64,000 nt of DNA from Myxococcota bacterium. Lineage in GTDB: Bacteria; Myxococcota_A; UBA9160; UBA4427. Position 1 is the stretch's first letter; each line of letters begins with the position of its first letter. Where the stretch lies: NCBI GenBank assembly GCA_041440805.1, contig JASDVF010000036.1, forward strand, positions 75,179 to 139,178, read 5' to 3'. Positions 9,341 through 18,270 of this stretch are shown here, piece by piece. The notes under the pieces are model-generated. The model did no database searches. It saw only the letters and a program-made list of their open reading frames with translations, and had not been told where the DNA came from. A program made the translations under genes and the position numbers.

Positions 9341-10338
9341 TTGAAGTCACACGAGAAGTCGGCGTCGTTGCCATTGGGCGAAATGAAGGGGAGCGCCTGC
9401 GAGCGTGTCTCACTTCTGCTCGCGAGGCCGTCACGGCCCTGGTCTACGTCGACTCGGGGTCGACGGACGGAAGCGTGGCTTGTGCTCGAGAGCTGGGAGC
9501 GTCCATCGTCGAACTCGATTCGGATGTGCCGTTTACGGCCGCACGAGCCCGGAATGCGGGCCTTGCGCAGCTCGTGAATGATTGGCCCGCCGTGGGCTAT
9601 GTCCAATTCGTGGATGGCGATTGTGAATTCGAATCCGGTTGGATCGAAGCCGCGGCGAGTAGCCTCGACGAAGGAGACTGGACCGTCGTCTGCGGCCGGC
9701 GTAGAGAACGATTCCCGGAAAGCTCCGTTTACAATCTATTATGCGACATGGAGTGGGATACGCCGCCGGGTCCCGCTGCGGCGTGCGGAGGCGATGCGCT
9801 CATGCGCGTGGCGGCGCTCCAAGCGGTCGGCGGCTACTCGGACGATCTGATTGCGGGAGAGGAGCCTGAGCTTTGCGTTCGTCTCGCGGAGCAGGGTGGC
9901 CGAGTGCTGCGACTCGATGCACCCATGACGATTCACGATGCGCAAATGTTTCGCTTCTCGCAGTGGTGGCAACGTGCAAAGCGTGCAGGGCACGCGGTGG
10001 CTGAGGCCGCCGATCGTCATCCCGGTTTCGCCGATGGGCATGCGGAGCGGGAAGTGAGGAGTGCTTGGGTTTGGGCACTTGTCATCCCCCTGAGCATGCT
10101 CGTTCTTGCATGGCCCACGAATGGGGCGTCGTTTCTTATGTTAGGCGTATATCCCGTGCAGGCGCTGCGAATCGGCCTGCGTCGCCCACGTCCGAACTTT
10201 TCCGTCCGAGACAATCTTTGGTACGGGGCGTCCTGTGTCGCCAGCAAGTTTCCTCATTGGCAGGGCGCGGTTCGATTCGCGTTCGGCCGTTTTACCGGTC
10301 GACGCAGTCGCTTGATCGAATATAAGGGCACTTCCTGA
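9337..10338 (+). CDS. Glycosyltransferase family 2 with C-terminal membrane segments
   Basis: 333 aa. GT-A signature VAIGRNEGERL...YVDSGSTDGS...AARARNAG, an acidic FVDGDCEF (DXD-like), and a hydrophobic tail. Confidence 0.8.
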   Translation: MIEVTREVGVVAIGRNEGERLRACLTSAREAVTALVYVDSGSTDGSVACARELGASIVELDSDVPFTAARARNAGLAQLVNDWPAVGYVQFVDGDCEFESGWIEAAASSLDEGDWTVVCGRRRERFPESSVYNLLCDMEWDTPPGPAAACGGDALMRVAALQAVGGYSDDLIAGEEPELCVRLAEQGGRVLRLDAPMTIHDAQMFRFSQWWQRAKRAGHAVAEAADRHPGFADGHAEREVRSAWVWALVIPLSMLVLAWPTNGASFLMLGVYPVQALRIGLRRPRPNFSVRDNLWYGASCVASKFPHWQGAVRFAFGRFTGRRSRLIEYKGTS

Positions 10339-10389
10339 TCCGACTCTCCGTCGCCAAGCGATGGGGATCTGAGAAGCAGAGGTCGAACC

Positions 10390-12249
10390 ATGTGTGGAAT
10401 CGTAGGCATGCGCCGTTTCGACGGACGAGAAGTGGATCCAGCGCTCCTGCGCCGGATGACAGACCAACTCGTCCATCGCGGTCCCGACGATGATGGCTAT
10501 TGGCAGAAGCCCGGCATAGGCTTTGGCCACAGACGTTTATCGATCATTGATCTTTCAGGCTCGCGGCAGCCCATGCAGGCTGGCGACCAAACGATCTGTT
10601 TCAACGGCGAGATCTTCAACTATCAAGATCTGCGGAAATCTCTGCAAGCCGGCGGCTATGTATTCGAGACGAACGGCGATACCGAGGTTCTTCTCGCGCT
10701 CTACCGGACCGAGGGTATCGAAGGCGTTCGCCGAACGAACGGTCAATTTGCGTACGCGATTTGGGATGCGACGAAGAACGAACTCATTCTCCACAGGGAT
10801 CGACTTGGCGTCTCCCCGCTCTACTACTACTGGGACGGAAAAGTCTTTCTGTTTGCCTCGGAGATTAAGGCGCTGCTGCCGGCGATTGAAGGCGGTGGGC
10901 AAGTCGATGAGGGAAGTCTAAAAGAATATTTAGCCTACCGATCCGTTCCGGCTCCTTACACGCTCTTCGAGGGCATTCGCAAACTCGAAGCAGGGTGCCG
11001 GCTTCGTCTCGACGATAAGGGCACGGTTCGGATCGAGCCGTGGTGGTCGTTGCCAACGGGAGCGGCTTCGCAGGACATAACGCCGGAGCAAGCCGTTCGC
11101 GATGTTGAATCCGAATTGCGCGACGCGGTTTCCAGGCGCCTGGTTGCAGACGTGCCGGTCGGCGCCTTCTTGAGTGGCGGCGTGGATAGTAGTTTGATCA
11201 CGGCAATGACTTCCCAGCTGATGGGTGGCGGGCGCGTTGAAACTTTCTCGGCTGGGTTCGGCGACCCGCGCTACGACGAACTCCCATATGCGCGGGAGGT
11301 GAGTCAGGCTCTTGGCACCGAGCACCACGAACTCTTGATTGAGCCCGGCAAATTTCAAGATCTCTGGCCGAAACTCACCTGGCATAGAGACGCCCCAATT
11401 TCGGAGCCTGCGGATATCGCGATCTTCCAGCTTGCGAGTATGGCGCGTGAGCACGTGAAGGTGCTCCTATCCGGGGAGGGCGCCGACGAACTCTTTGCGG
11501 GCTATCCGAAATATGGTTGGGCCGAGCGTGTCGCTATCGTCGACCGACTTCCGGCAGGGCTTCGCGAGAAGGGCTTTCGGCTGCTCGAGCGGATGATGCC
11601 CCAGAGTGCGGGCAAGGCGCGTATCGCACTCCGAGCGATGGCGGCACGTAGTGAATCGGATCGCTTTCAATCTTGGTTTGCACCCTTTACCGCTTACGAG
11701 CGGGATGCCTTAATGCCCGGCGAAGAAAGGGCACAGCATCGCGTAATCACGGGCAGAGCCGAAGGCGATGTTATTCAGCGCATGCTCTATAACGACTGCC
11801 ACGCGTGGCTGACGGATAACCTTTTGGAGCGAGGTGATCGAATGGCGATGGCGGCCTCGGTTGAATCGCGGCCACCTTTCTTGGATCACAAGCTCGTCGA
11901 GCTGGCTTCGCGGCTGCCTTCGAATGTGAAGGTCCGCGATGGCGTGACGAAGTGGGTCGTGAAGGAGGTCGCTCGCAAGCACCTTCCCGCTGGCATCGTC
12001 GACCGCCGCAAGGTCGGCTTCCGCGTTCCCCTGGATTCATGGTTCCGCGGCGAACTCCGCGACATGGCGGGGGACATGCTTCTAGGTCCGAATTCCTTTG
12101 TCGGAAGTCGAATGAATCGCGGTGTCATCGAATCGATGCTGCGTGACCATCAGCGAGAGCGACGGGACGAGGAGATCCGGATCTGGACACTTCTCTGCCT
12201 TGAGGTCTGGCATGAAGTCTTTTTCCGCGGCGGCGCACCCACGAGCTGA
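10390..12249 (+). CDS. asnB: Asparagine synthase (glutamine-hydrolysing) family amidotransferase
   Basis: 619 aa. N-terminal nucleophile MCGIVG, a GATase-II domain, and the synthetase PP-loop FLSGGVDSS. This enzyme is a typical member of exosortase-type EPS loci. Confidence 0.9.
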   Translation: MCGIVGMRRFDGREVDPALLRRMTDQLVHRGPDDDGYWQKPGIGFGHRRLSIIDLSGSRQPMQAGDQTICFNGEIFNYQDLRKSLQAGGYVFETNGDTEVLLALYRTEGIEGVRRTNGQFAYAIWDATKNELILHRDRLGVSPLYYYWDGKVFLFASEIKALLPAIEGGGQVDEGSLKEYLAYRSVPAPYTLFEGIRKLEAGCRLRLDDKGTVRIEPWWSLPTGAASQDITPEQAVRDVESELRDAVSRRLVADVPVGAFLSGGVDSSLITAMTSQLMGGGRVETFSAGFGDPRYDELPYAREVSQALGTEHHELLIEPGKFQDLWPKLTWHRDAPISEPADIAIFQLASMAREHVKVLLSGEGADELFAGYPKYGWAERVAIVDRLPAGLREKGFRLLERMMPQSAGKARIALRAMAARSESDRFQSWFAPFTAYERDALMPGEERAQHRVITGRAEGDVIQRMLYNDCHAWLTDNLLERGDRMAMAASVESRPPFLDHKLVELASRLPSNVKVRDGVTKWVVKEVARKHLPAGIVDRRKVGFRVPLDSWFRGELRDMAGDMLLGPNSFVGSRMNRGVIESMLRDHQRERRDEEIRIWTLLCLEVWHEVFFRGGAPTS

Positions 12250-12316
12250 ATCTTGGCCGTGGGGTGGGTAAGGGCTTGCGAGCGCGGGAGCTGATGCCTG
12301 GTCCAGGAGCGTGTGC

Positions 12317-13852
12317 CTAGCGCCGCTTGCGCGTTTCGTGCTTCGGCTGTGCATCGTGGAGGTTTGCGGCGAGTGACGCTGAGCGCGGGGGCGCGGCGCT
12401 TGCGTCGGGATCGGCTTCGGTATCGGCTCCGGCCGAGCGCTGCGGATCGCGATTTCGGCGCGATGAGGGAGCAGTTTTACGGGGTGATGTTTGTTGAGAA
12501 GTCCGTTTACGCTTGGACTCCGCCGCGGCCAGGCCGCACGCCGCGCCGCCTATGAACGTTAGGTAGGGATCGACCGTCGAGTTCGGGAGGAGGTCGAAAG
12601 TGCGTAGTGTGACGATCCATACGAGCGTCGCGAGCACGGTTAGGGCGGCAGGCGAACGGATGCGGCCGGCTCGGCGATACACGTAGAAGACGGGATAGAG
12701 CAAGAAGGCAAAGAGCGCGACGAATCGGAAGAGTCCGCCTGCGCCGAACTGGAACACCCAGAAGCCATCGATCGTGGATAGAGGCATCCCGGTGACTTCG
12801 TCGTAGACCATGTAGCGCGCGTTTCCGCCCCAGCCGAAGAAGTAGCGCTCCGCCGTTCGGTTCAGAATTTCATCCTCGCTCTTAGTTCGCGCGAGGAATG
12901 AATCAGCTGTTCGGAATCCGACCATCTGCTCGGCGATTCCAGCCACGCCCTCGATCGGGATCATGTCGACGGATCGCAGCAAGGGGTAGGCGAGGACGAC
13001 GATGGCAATGCAGGCCGCGGCAAAGAGTTGAGCGCGCGGGCGAACCAGGAAGAGCGTCGGGATCACCAGTATCGCGTAGAGCCAGACCCCGACTGATTTG
13101 CAGGCCGCAATCACGAAGGCTAAGCCGCCGACCATCGGCTTCGGAGCAATCAAGTTGAATGGCATGGTCTTAAGCTTGGCGAGGCAAGCCCAGGCCATCG
13201 TTCCGTAGAGGACGAATACGGATAGGGTGAGGCCGTGATTCATCAGGACGACAGGGCGGTAGCCGCCGAACTTCATGGCCTGCATAAATGTAGTGGGTGA
13301 CGGCGTCGTGCCATAGACCATCGAATGAAAGAGCGGCCCGGTCTGGAGTTCGACGAGGATGAATGGCAGGTACACGAGTAGGGCGATGGCGAGGACCATC
13401 AGCACTTCGACTGCTTCCTGAACGGTTCGTACCAGGATTCGGCCGAACAAGAAGGGGAGTGCCCAGCGGATAATCATGCGCAGGGAATCGTTGATCGTGT
13501 CCGTGATCTTCATGGGCGGAAGGACGTTCGCCCCGAAGGACTGAGGGTCCATGTTGGTCAGATTCGTGACCAGCGCGCCCGCACACATCGCCAAAATGAG
13601 CGCTTCCCCCCCTGTTCCGGGCCGCGCCGCCATCACGCGCCGCGGGAAGCGAAGCATCATCATGATAAAACAGCCGAGTACCGGGACCGTATACTGGTCG
13701 AGGTCGGGCATGACCGGCATCGGAATCGAGCGCAGCGAAGGAAGCATTGCGACGCCGAAGATAAGGGAGGCTGCGGTCGCGACGTGAGGCCGCAGGACTA
13801 CGAATAGCAGTGCCGTCAACGGAAGCCAGGCGACGAGGGCGACCTGGATCAT
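12317..13852 (-). CDS. Polytopic membrane protein, Wzy polymerase / O-antigen-ligase-like candidate
   Basis: 511 aa with at least 10 hydrophobic segments. Located in the GT operon. Has an approximately 70-aa basic, disordered C-terminal tail. Confidence 0.5.
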   Translation of the reverse strand: MIQVALVAWLPLTALLFVVLRPHVATAASLIFGVAMLPSLRSIPMPVMPDLDQYTVPVLGCFIMMMLRFPRRVMAARPGTGGEALILAMCAGALVTNLTNMDPQSFGANVLPPMKITDTINDSLRMIIRWALPFLFGRILVRTVQEAVEVLMVLAIALLVYLPFILVELQTGPLFHSMVYGTTPSPTTFMQAMKFGGYRPVVLMNHGLTLSVFVLYGTMAWACLAKLKTMPFNLIAPKPMVGGLAFVIAACKSVGVWLYAILVIPTLFLVRPRAQLFAAACIAIVVLAYPLLRSVDMIPIEGVAGIAEQMVGFRTADSFLARTKSEDEILNRTAERYFFGWGGNARYMVYDEVTGMPLSTIDGFWVFQFGAGGLFRFVALFAFLLYPVFYVYRRAGRIRSPAALTVLATLVWIVTLRTFDLLPNSTVDPYLTFIGGAACGLAAAESKRKRTSQQTSPRKTAPSSRRNRDPQRSAGADTEADPDASAAPPRSASLAANLHDAQPKHETRKRR

Positions 13853-13927
13853 CCAATGGCCTCCCTTAGTGACGCGGCAGGTAGTGACGCATCAGGTGAC
13901 ACGAGTAAACGGCTCGTCATCGCGCGA

Positions 13928-14761
13928 CTAATCACGCCGCTGCAGCTTAGCGCGAAACTCACGAATCTTCGCCCGGCCCTGGGCAAATGCCTGTTCGGCG
14001 GGGATCACTACATAACGCCGAAGTCGTTCATCCGGCCGTGCGCGAAAGATTGTGTTGTGATGCGTACCATTCCAATCGGCGGGTGCGTCCTTCGTGTAAT
14101 AGTAGGCCGCGAAAGAGTGGCGAGGCGTCGGAGCCGCCTCAGCCACCGGCCTAACTCCGTGGAAGCTCGTCTGGCTGGTTTCGAAAAGAACGCATCGATT
14201 GAGGCTTGGATCGACGCGTTGATGGCAGGTGCGTACGTCTTTATCCCAGAGCTCGATCTGTCCGCCCCATTTCGGATCCCACGTGGGGTTGAGGTAGATC
14301 AGGATGTTGAGCCGCCTGTGGACTTTCATGTCTTCGTTGAAGTTGAAATCGACATGCACATCGAGCCGCCCACCTGATCCCGTGACGTGCATTCCGCCAC
14401 CCGAGAGCTCCGGGTCGGGCAGCAAACCAGAGATGCCCGTGATGAATTCGAGATCTGAAAGGAACTTGTCCGAGGCCAGAGCATCGTTGAGTCGAGTGAT
14501 CGGAGTCGGGAAATTGTGGCTGTCCGAGATCTGGATCTTGCGTCGCTCTCGGACGAAGTTGAATTCGAAGCCCTGTTCTTGCGCCTGCTCGAACGTTGGA
14601 AAAGCGCCAGCGGCTTCGAACGCGAACTCGGGTTCGAGGAATTCGTCGATGATGAAATGCGAATATGGCGCCGCTGATTCGAACTCGCCCTTGAGGCGTT
14701 CGCGGTCGAGAGGACGGATCGGCGAGGGCGATGCGTCGCCTAATTCCGTTCGTTCGTTCAT
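13928..14761 (-). CDS. 2-oxoglutarate/Fe(II)-dependent oxygenase (prolyl-hydroxylase-like)
   Basis: 277 aa. H-x-D in RLDVHVDFN, a distal His in SFHGVRPV, and the WGGQIELWD motif typical of the family. Confidence 0.75.
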   Translation of the reverse strand: MNERTELGDASPSPIRPLDRERLKGEFESAAPYSHFIIDEFLEPEFAFEAAGAFPTFEQAQEQGFEFNFVRERRKIQISDSHNFPTPITRLNDALASDKFLSDLEFITGISGLLPDPELSGGGMHVTGSGGRLDVHVDFNFNEDMKVHRRLNILIYLNPTWDPKWGGQIELWDKDVRTCHQRVDPSLNRCVLFETSQTSFHGVRPVAEAAPTPRHSFAAYYYTKDAPADWNGTHHNTIFRARPDERLRRYVVIPAEQAFAQGRAKIREFRAKLQRRD

Positions 14762-14764
14762 CGT

Positions 14765-15241
14765 TCAGCTCTCCGCGAAGTCGCGCAGTCGAGTGAGAAG
14801 AGAATCTTGCGCGTGCGCCCCGATTGGCTGCAGGGCACTTCGTCCTGCGAGAGCACGCATCTGTTCGGCGAGGCGTTCCGGGGTATCCGCTGTCAGCACG
14901 AGCCCCTCCTCCGAAAGACGTTTGGCAGTTCCGACCTGATGATCGTTTCGGGTTTCGCCAAGCCGACTGAGCCGGGGAATCACGACGATCGGTTTGGCGA
15001 GCTCAAGCGCGTTTAAAATTGAGCCCATACCCGCATGGGCAATGATCGCATCCGCACTTGCCATGCGCTCGCGGAACTCCGGAGGGGCCATAAAGGGCAG
15101 GACTTTGACCGCACGTGGTTCAAAATCAGAAGGACCGATCTGAGCCACGACATCGTTGCGACCTTCGGCGATCGCCCATTCGTCGACCCATTCGATCATG
15201 CGGTCGAAGGACATCTGTGCACCGACGGTGACGAAAATCAA
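14765..15241 (-). CDS. Alg13-like glycosyltransferase catalytic subunit (PssE/Cps14G-like)
   Basis: 158 aa. MIFVTVGAQMSFDRM and HAGMGSILNALELAKPIVVIPR match the GT28 C-terminal/Alg13 pattern. Overlaps the upstream partner gene by 4 nt. Confidence 0.8.
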   Translation of the reverse strand: MIFVTVGAQMSFDRMIEWVDEWAIAEGRNDVVAQIGPSDFEPRAVKVLPFMAPPEFRERMASADAIIAHAGMGSILNALELAKPIVVIPRLSRLGETRNDHQVGTAKRLSEEGLVLTADTPERLAEQMRALAGRSALQPIGAHAQDSLLTRLRDFAES

Positions 15242-15693
15242 AAGACTCTCCCCGCGTATTCCGGGCCGTCGTCAGTCGCGAGATGGGGCCATTGCGTCAA
15301 CCAAAGCACCGCCCAGCGGCGCACCATTCGTCCGGACATCGAGACTTCCTCGACGTTTGCAATACTGTCGAGCCAGACCGTCTTGGCACCTAGCAATCGA
15401 CCGAGCACGATGGCCATGAAGCCGGGTGCCGCGCCTGTGGAAACGACGACGTGGGGCCGAATTCGAATGAGGCTCCAAAGAATCTGAAAGCCTAGAACGA
15501 TGAGTCCCAATTTATTCCAGCGTGTCGAGTCGCGCACGATCAGTACGCGCTCACCCGGCACGTCGGCCTTGTACGTAGGATTGATGGTTACGAAGGTCAC
15601 GTCGTGATCTTCGAAGGCAGGCATCACGCGCTGGAGTTGAACCCAATGTCCCCCGCCGCTTGCGACGGCCATGATGCGGCGTCTAGTGGCCAT
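15238..15693 (-). CDS. Alg14-like membrane-anchoring glycosyltransferase subunit (PssD/Cps14F-like)
   Basis: 151 aa. ASGGGHWVQL and VVSTGAAPGFMA motifs plus a TM segment. Forms a 4-nt start/stop overlap (15238-15241) with the Alg13-like gene. Confidence 0.75.
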   Translation of the reverse strand: MATRRRIMAVASGGGHWVQLQRVMPAFEDHDVTFVTINPTYKADVPGERVLIVRDSTRWNKLGLIVLGFQILWSLIRIRPHVVVSTGAAPGFMAIVLGRLLGAKTVWLDSIANVEEVSMSGRMVRRWAVLWLTQWPHLATDDGPEYAGRVF

Positions 15694-15696
15694 GTG

Positions 15697-16713
15697 TTAG
15701 TTGTTCTCCGCGTTCTGGGTCTGCTTCTTTGGTTGTGAAGGCGGATTGGGATGTGCACTTCCGCGAAGCCAAGGGAGCAGGTTGTAGCGAAGAAATCCGC
15801 GCATATGGCCAAGGGGCTCGTGGCTGGGGCGCTGCAGCAGTGTCGTTCTGGCTCGGCGAAGCGTGCCGCAGACGATGTAAATCAGGTTCGCTGCCCAGAG
15901 TGCGGCTCGTCCGTGGTTCTTCGTGAAGTAGCGGTGTCTGGACGCGTACCAGTAGGTGGGCGTCGGGCTCGAGACATCCTGCATGCCCGTCGAAGCGCTC
16001 CCTACGTGGGCGACTGAGCTTTCTACGACATAGGTCGTGGGCCAGCCGTTGCGAGCGGCTCGCAAGCAAAAGTCAGTCTCTTCGAAATAGAGGAAATAGC
16101 CTTCGTCCATCAGGCCGATCGAGCCGAAGACCTCACGGCGGATCAGCATGCTTGCGCCAGCGAGCCAGTCGACAGGGGTGGTTTCTTCAGGCAGTGCGGG
16201 CGCGATGACCCATCGCTCCAGAAGCCTTGTGACGCCGCTAATCCCGAGTGCGCCTTCTATCTCACCAAGCAGGCTCGGGAATCGGAAGGCGGTTTTATGC
16301 GGAGTACGCGCGGCATCGGTTCCGTGGATATAGCTTCCAGCGAGTCCGACGTCGGCGTGCGTTTCTAGGTAATCAACAAGTCGGTCGATTGCACCGGCAT
16401 CCGGGAAAGCGTCTGAATTCAAGAGGTAGACGTATTCAGGCGCATCATCGCCGGCGAGAGCAGGGCGGATCGCCTGATTGCATCCCGAAGCGAAGCCGCC
16501 ATTTCGAGAGGAGCGAATCAGGCTTACGCGATCGGCCCATGACTTGGCCGTGATGCCCGACTCGATTCGGTCCACGGAGCCATCGCCGGAAGCGTTATCG
16601 ACGATCGTGATACGCGCATCCGGGTAGCTCCGAAGTTCGGTCAAAGCGGTGCCGACGGCGTCGAGCGTCATCTCGGCGGTGCGGTAATTGACGATGACGA
16701 CGAGAAGTTTCAA
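15697..16713 (-). CDS. Glycosyltransferase family 2
   Basis: 338 aa. VVIVNYRTAEMT...IVDNASGDGS, then LLNSDAF (DXD-like) and FLYFEETDFCLRA. Confidence 0.85.
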   Translation of the reverse strand: MKLLVVIVNYRTAEMTLDAVGTALTELRSYPDARITIVDNASGDGSVDRIESGITAKSWADRVSLIRSSRNGGFASGCNQAIRPALAGDDAPEYVYLLNSDAFPDAGAIDRLVDYLETHADVGLAGSYIHGTDAARTPHKTAFRFPSLLGEIEGALGISGVTRLLERWVIAPALPEETTPVDWLAGASMLIRREVFGSIGLMDEGYFLYFEETDFCLRAARNGWPTTYVVESSVAHVGSASTGMQDVSSPTPTYWYASRHRYFTKNHGRAALWAANLIYIVCGTLRRARTTLLQRPSHEPLGHMRGFLRYNLLPWLRGSAHPNPPSQPKKQTQNAENN

Positions 16714-17337
16714 GACGTTCTCTCTGGATCAGGGATACGATCCTTGAGGTGTGTTCGCCGCGCCGAGGTAGCCGCCAAGGCGTCGGCTACCAACGTATTC
16801 GGTTGCTGTATTCGCCGGAGCTAATCGACGCCAACGATCAGCATGCCGAATCGGGTGTTCGCGTTTCGCTCTTGAGCGATACCAGGGTAGCTCCGTACCT
16901 TCGTGGGTTCCCGGCGGAGTCTTATTAGGGTCCCCCCGATTTTATGAGCGACCTCGGTTAAACTCCACTGCAAGTTGCGTGTGCGTTCCCGTTCGCATGC
17001 CGATTTAGATTTCCAACTCCAGCTCGACGGAAAGAACGGGCGAGAGGGCGTCGAGGGCACGTCGATCGCGAGACGTCTGGCCTCAATGGACGAGATGCTT
17101 TTGTCGCGGCTCGAATCAGCCGCAGTGCGGGGAAGCTGCCACGGTTTTACCGAAAAATGGGGTCGGGCAGAGACAACCCATTCCTTGTTTTACGGTCACT
17201 AGGTATATGGTTTCCCTTCGCCCCCAAGGGTGATTTTCAGTTAAGGGGAACACTGGGGCATTCGATAAGTAGAGACTCCATGTACGCGTTTTCGTTGCGA
17301 TTCCCCCATCGAACCCAGTCCAGAGATAGGCCCGAGA

Positions 17338-18270
17338 TTGCGCACCGAGACCTCCGCTTCCTCTGCCACTCCCTCCTGCGTTCTCGCCGGCTCCGAATCA
17401 TTGCTTCTGCAGTGCGGCGCTTTGCTGATCGAGAAGGGGTGGGCCATTCAGCGCGTCGTTTCAAAGAACGACGAAATCCTCGACTGGGCTCGGGAAGCAG
17501 GCATAGAAGTCTGTGCTCCTGGTCGCACGTTGGCGGAGGCACTCGGTTCAGTCGACTTCGACTACTTCTTCAGCATCACGAATCTGTCGATCATCTCAGA
17601 TGAGGTGCTGGCTCTCCCGAAGCGTTCTGCAATCAACTTCCATGACGGACCGCTGCCGGCCTACGCCGGGATGCACACGCCGGCCTGGGCGATTCTGAAT
17701 GGCGAGTCCGAGTACGGCGTCACGTTTCATGAAATGACCGGCGGCGTCGATGAAGGACGCATCCTCGTTCAGAAGCGCTTCGAGCTCGGAGGAGACGAAA
17801 CTTCCCTCGGCATCAATACCAGTTGTTATGCGGCGGCCATCGAAGGCTTCGAAGATCTGATCGGTCAGCTCGCGACCGGGCAAACGAATCCGACGGAACA
17901 AGACTTTTCCCAGCGCAGCTATTACGGGCGCCATCAGCGACCGGAAGGCGCCGGCCTGATCGACTTCTCTGCTTCTGCGGAAGTTCTCTCGCGATGGGTT
18001 CGCGCGATGGATTTCGGGGAGCGCTATGCGAATCCCTTCTGCGCTGCGAAGATTGCCCACGGAGGGGAGCTGCTGCTCGTTCGTTCGGCGACGCTCGCTG
18101 ACGCGGAGAGCACGTCTGCGGGCGCGCTCGTGGCGATTGGTGATGATGGGTGGACAGTAGGAACCGGCGACGGTGCGATTCGTCTGAGTGGCTTTAGGTG
18201 CCCTCGCGGCATTGCGCTCACGCCGCAGGAGGCCGCCGCACGGGTGGGGCTCTCGATAGGGCAGTCGATC
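17338..18270 (+). other. Formyltransferase domain (FMT-like N and C subdomains) of the NRPS
   Basis: A candidate catalytic trio of Asn, His and Asp lies in SITN, NFHDG and VDEGRI. A C-terminal beta-barrel-like segment follows (GELLLVRSATL...GAIRLSGFR). Boundaries are approximate. Confidence 0.75.

Noticed and set aside
13170-13856. 228-aa alternative frame inside the Wzy-like gene
   Set aside because: It is on the same strand but off-frame. It is Arg/Pro-rich, whereas the 511-aa frame gives coherent TM helices.
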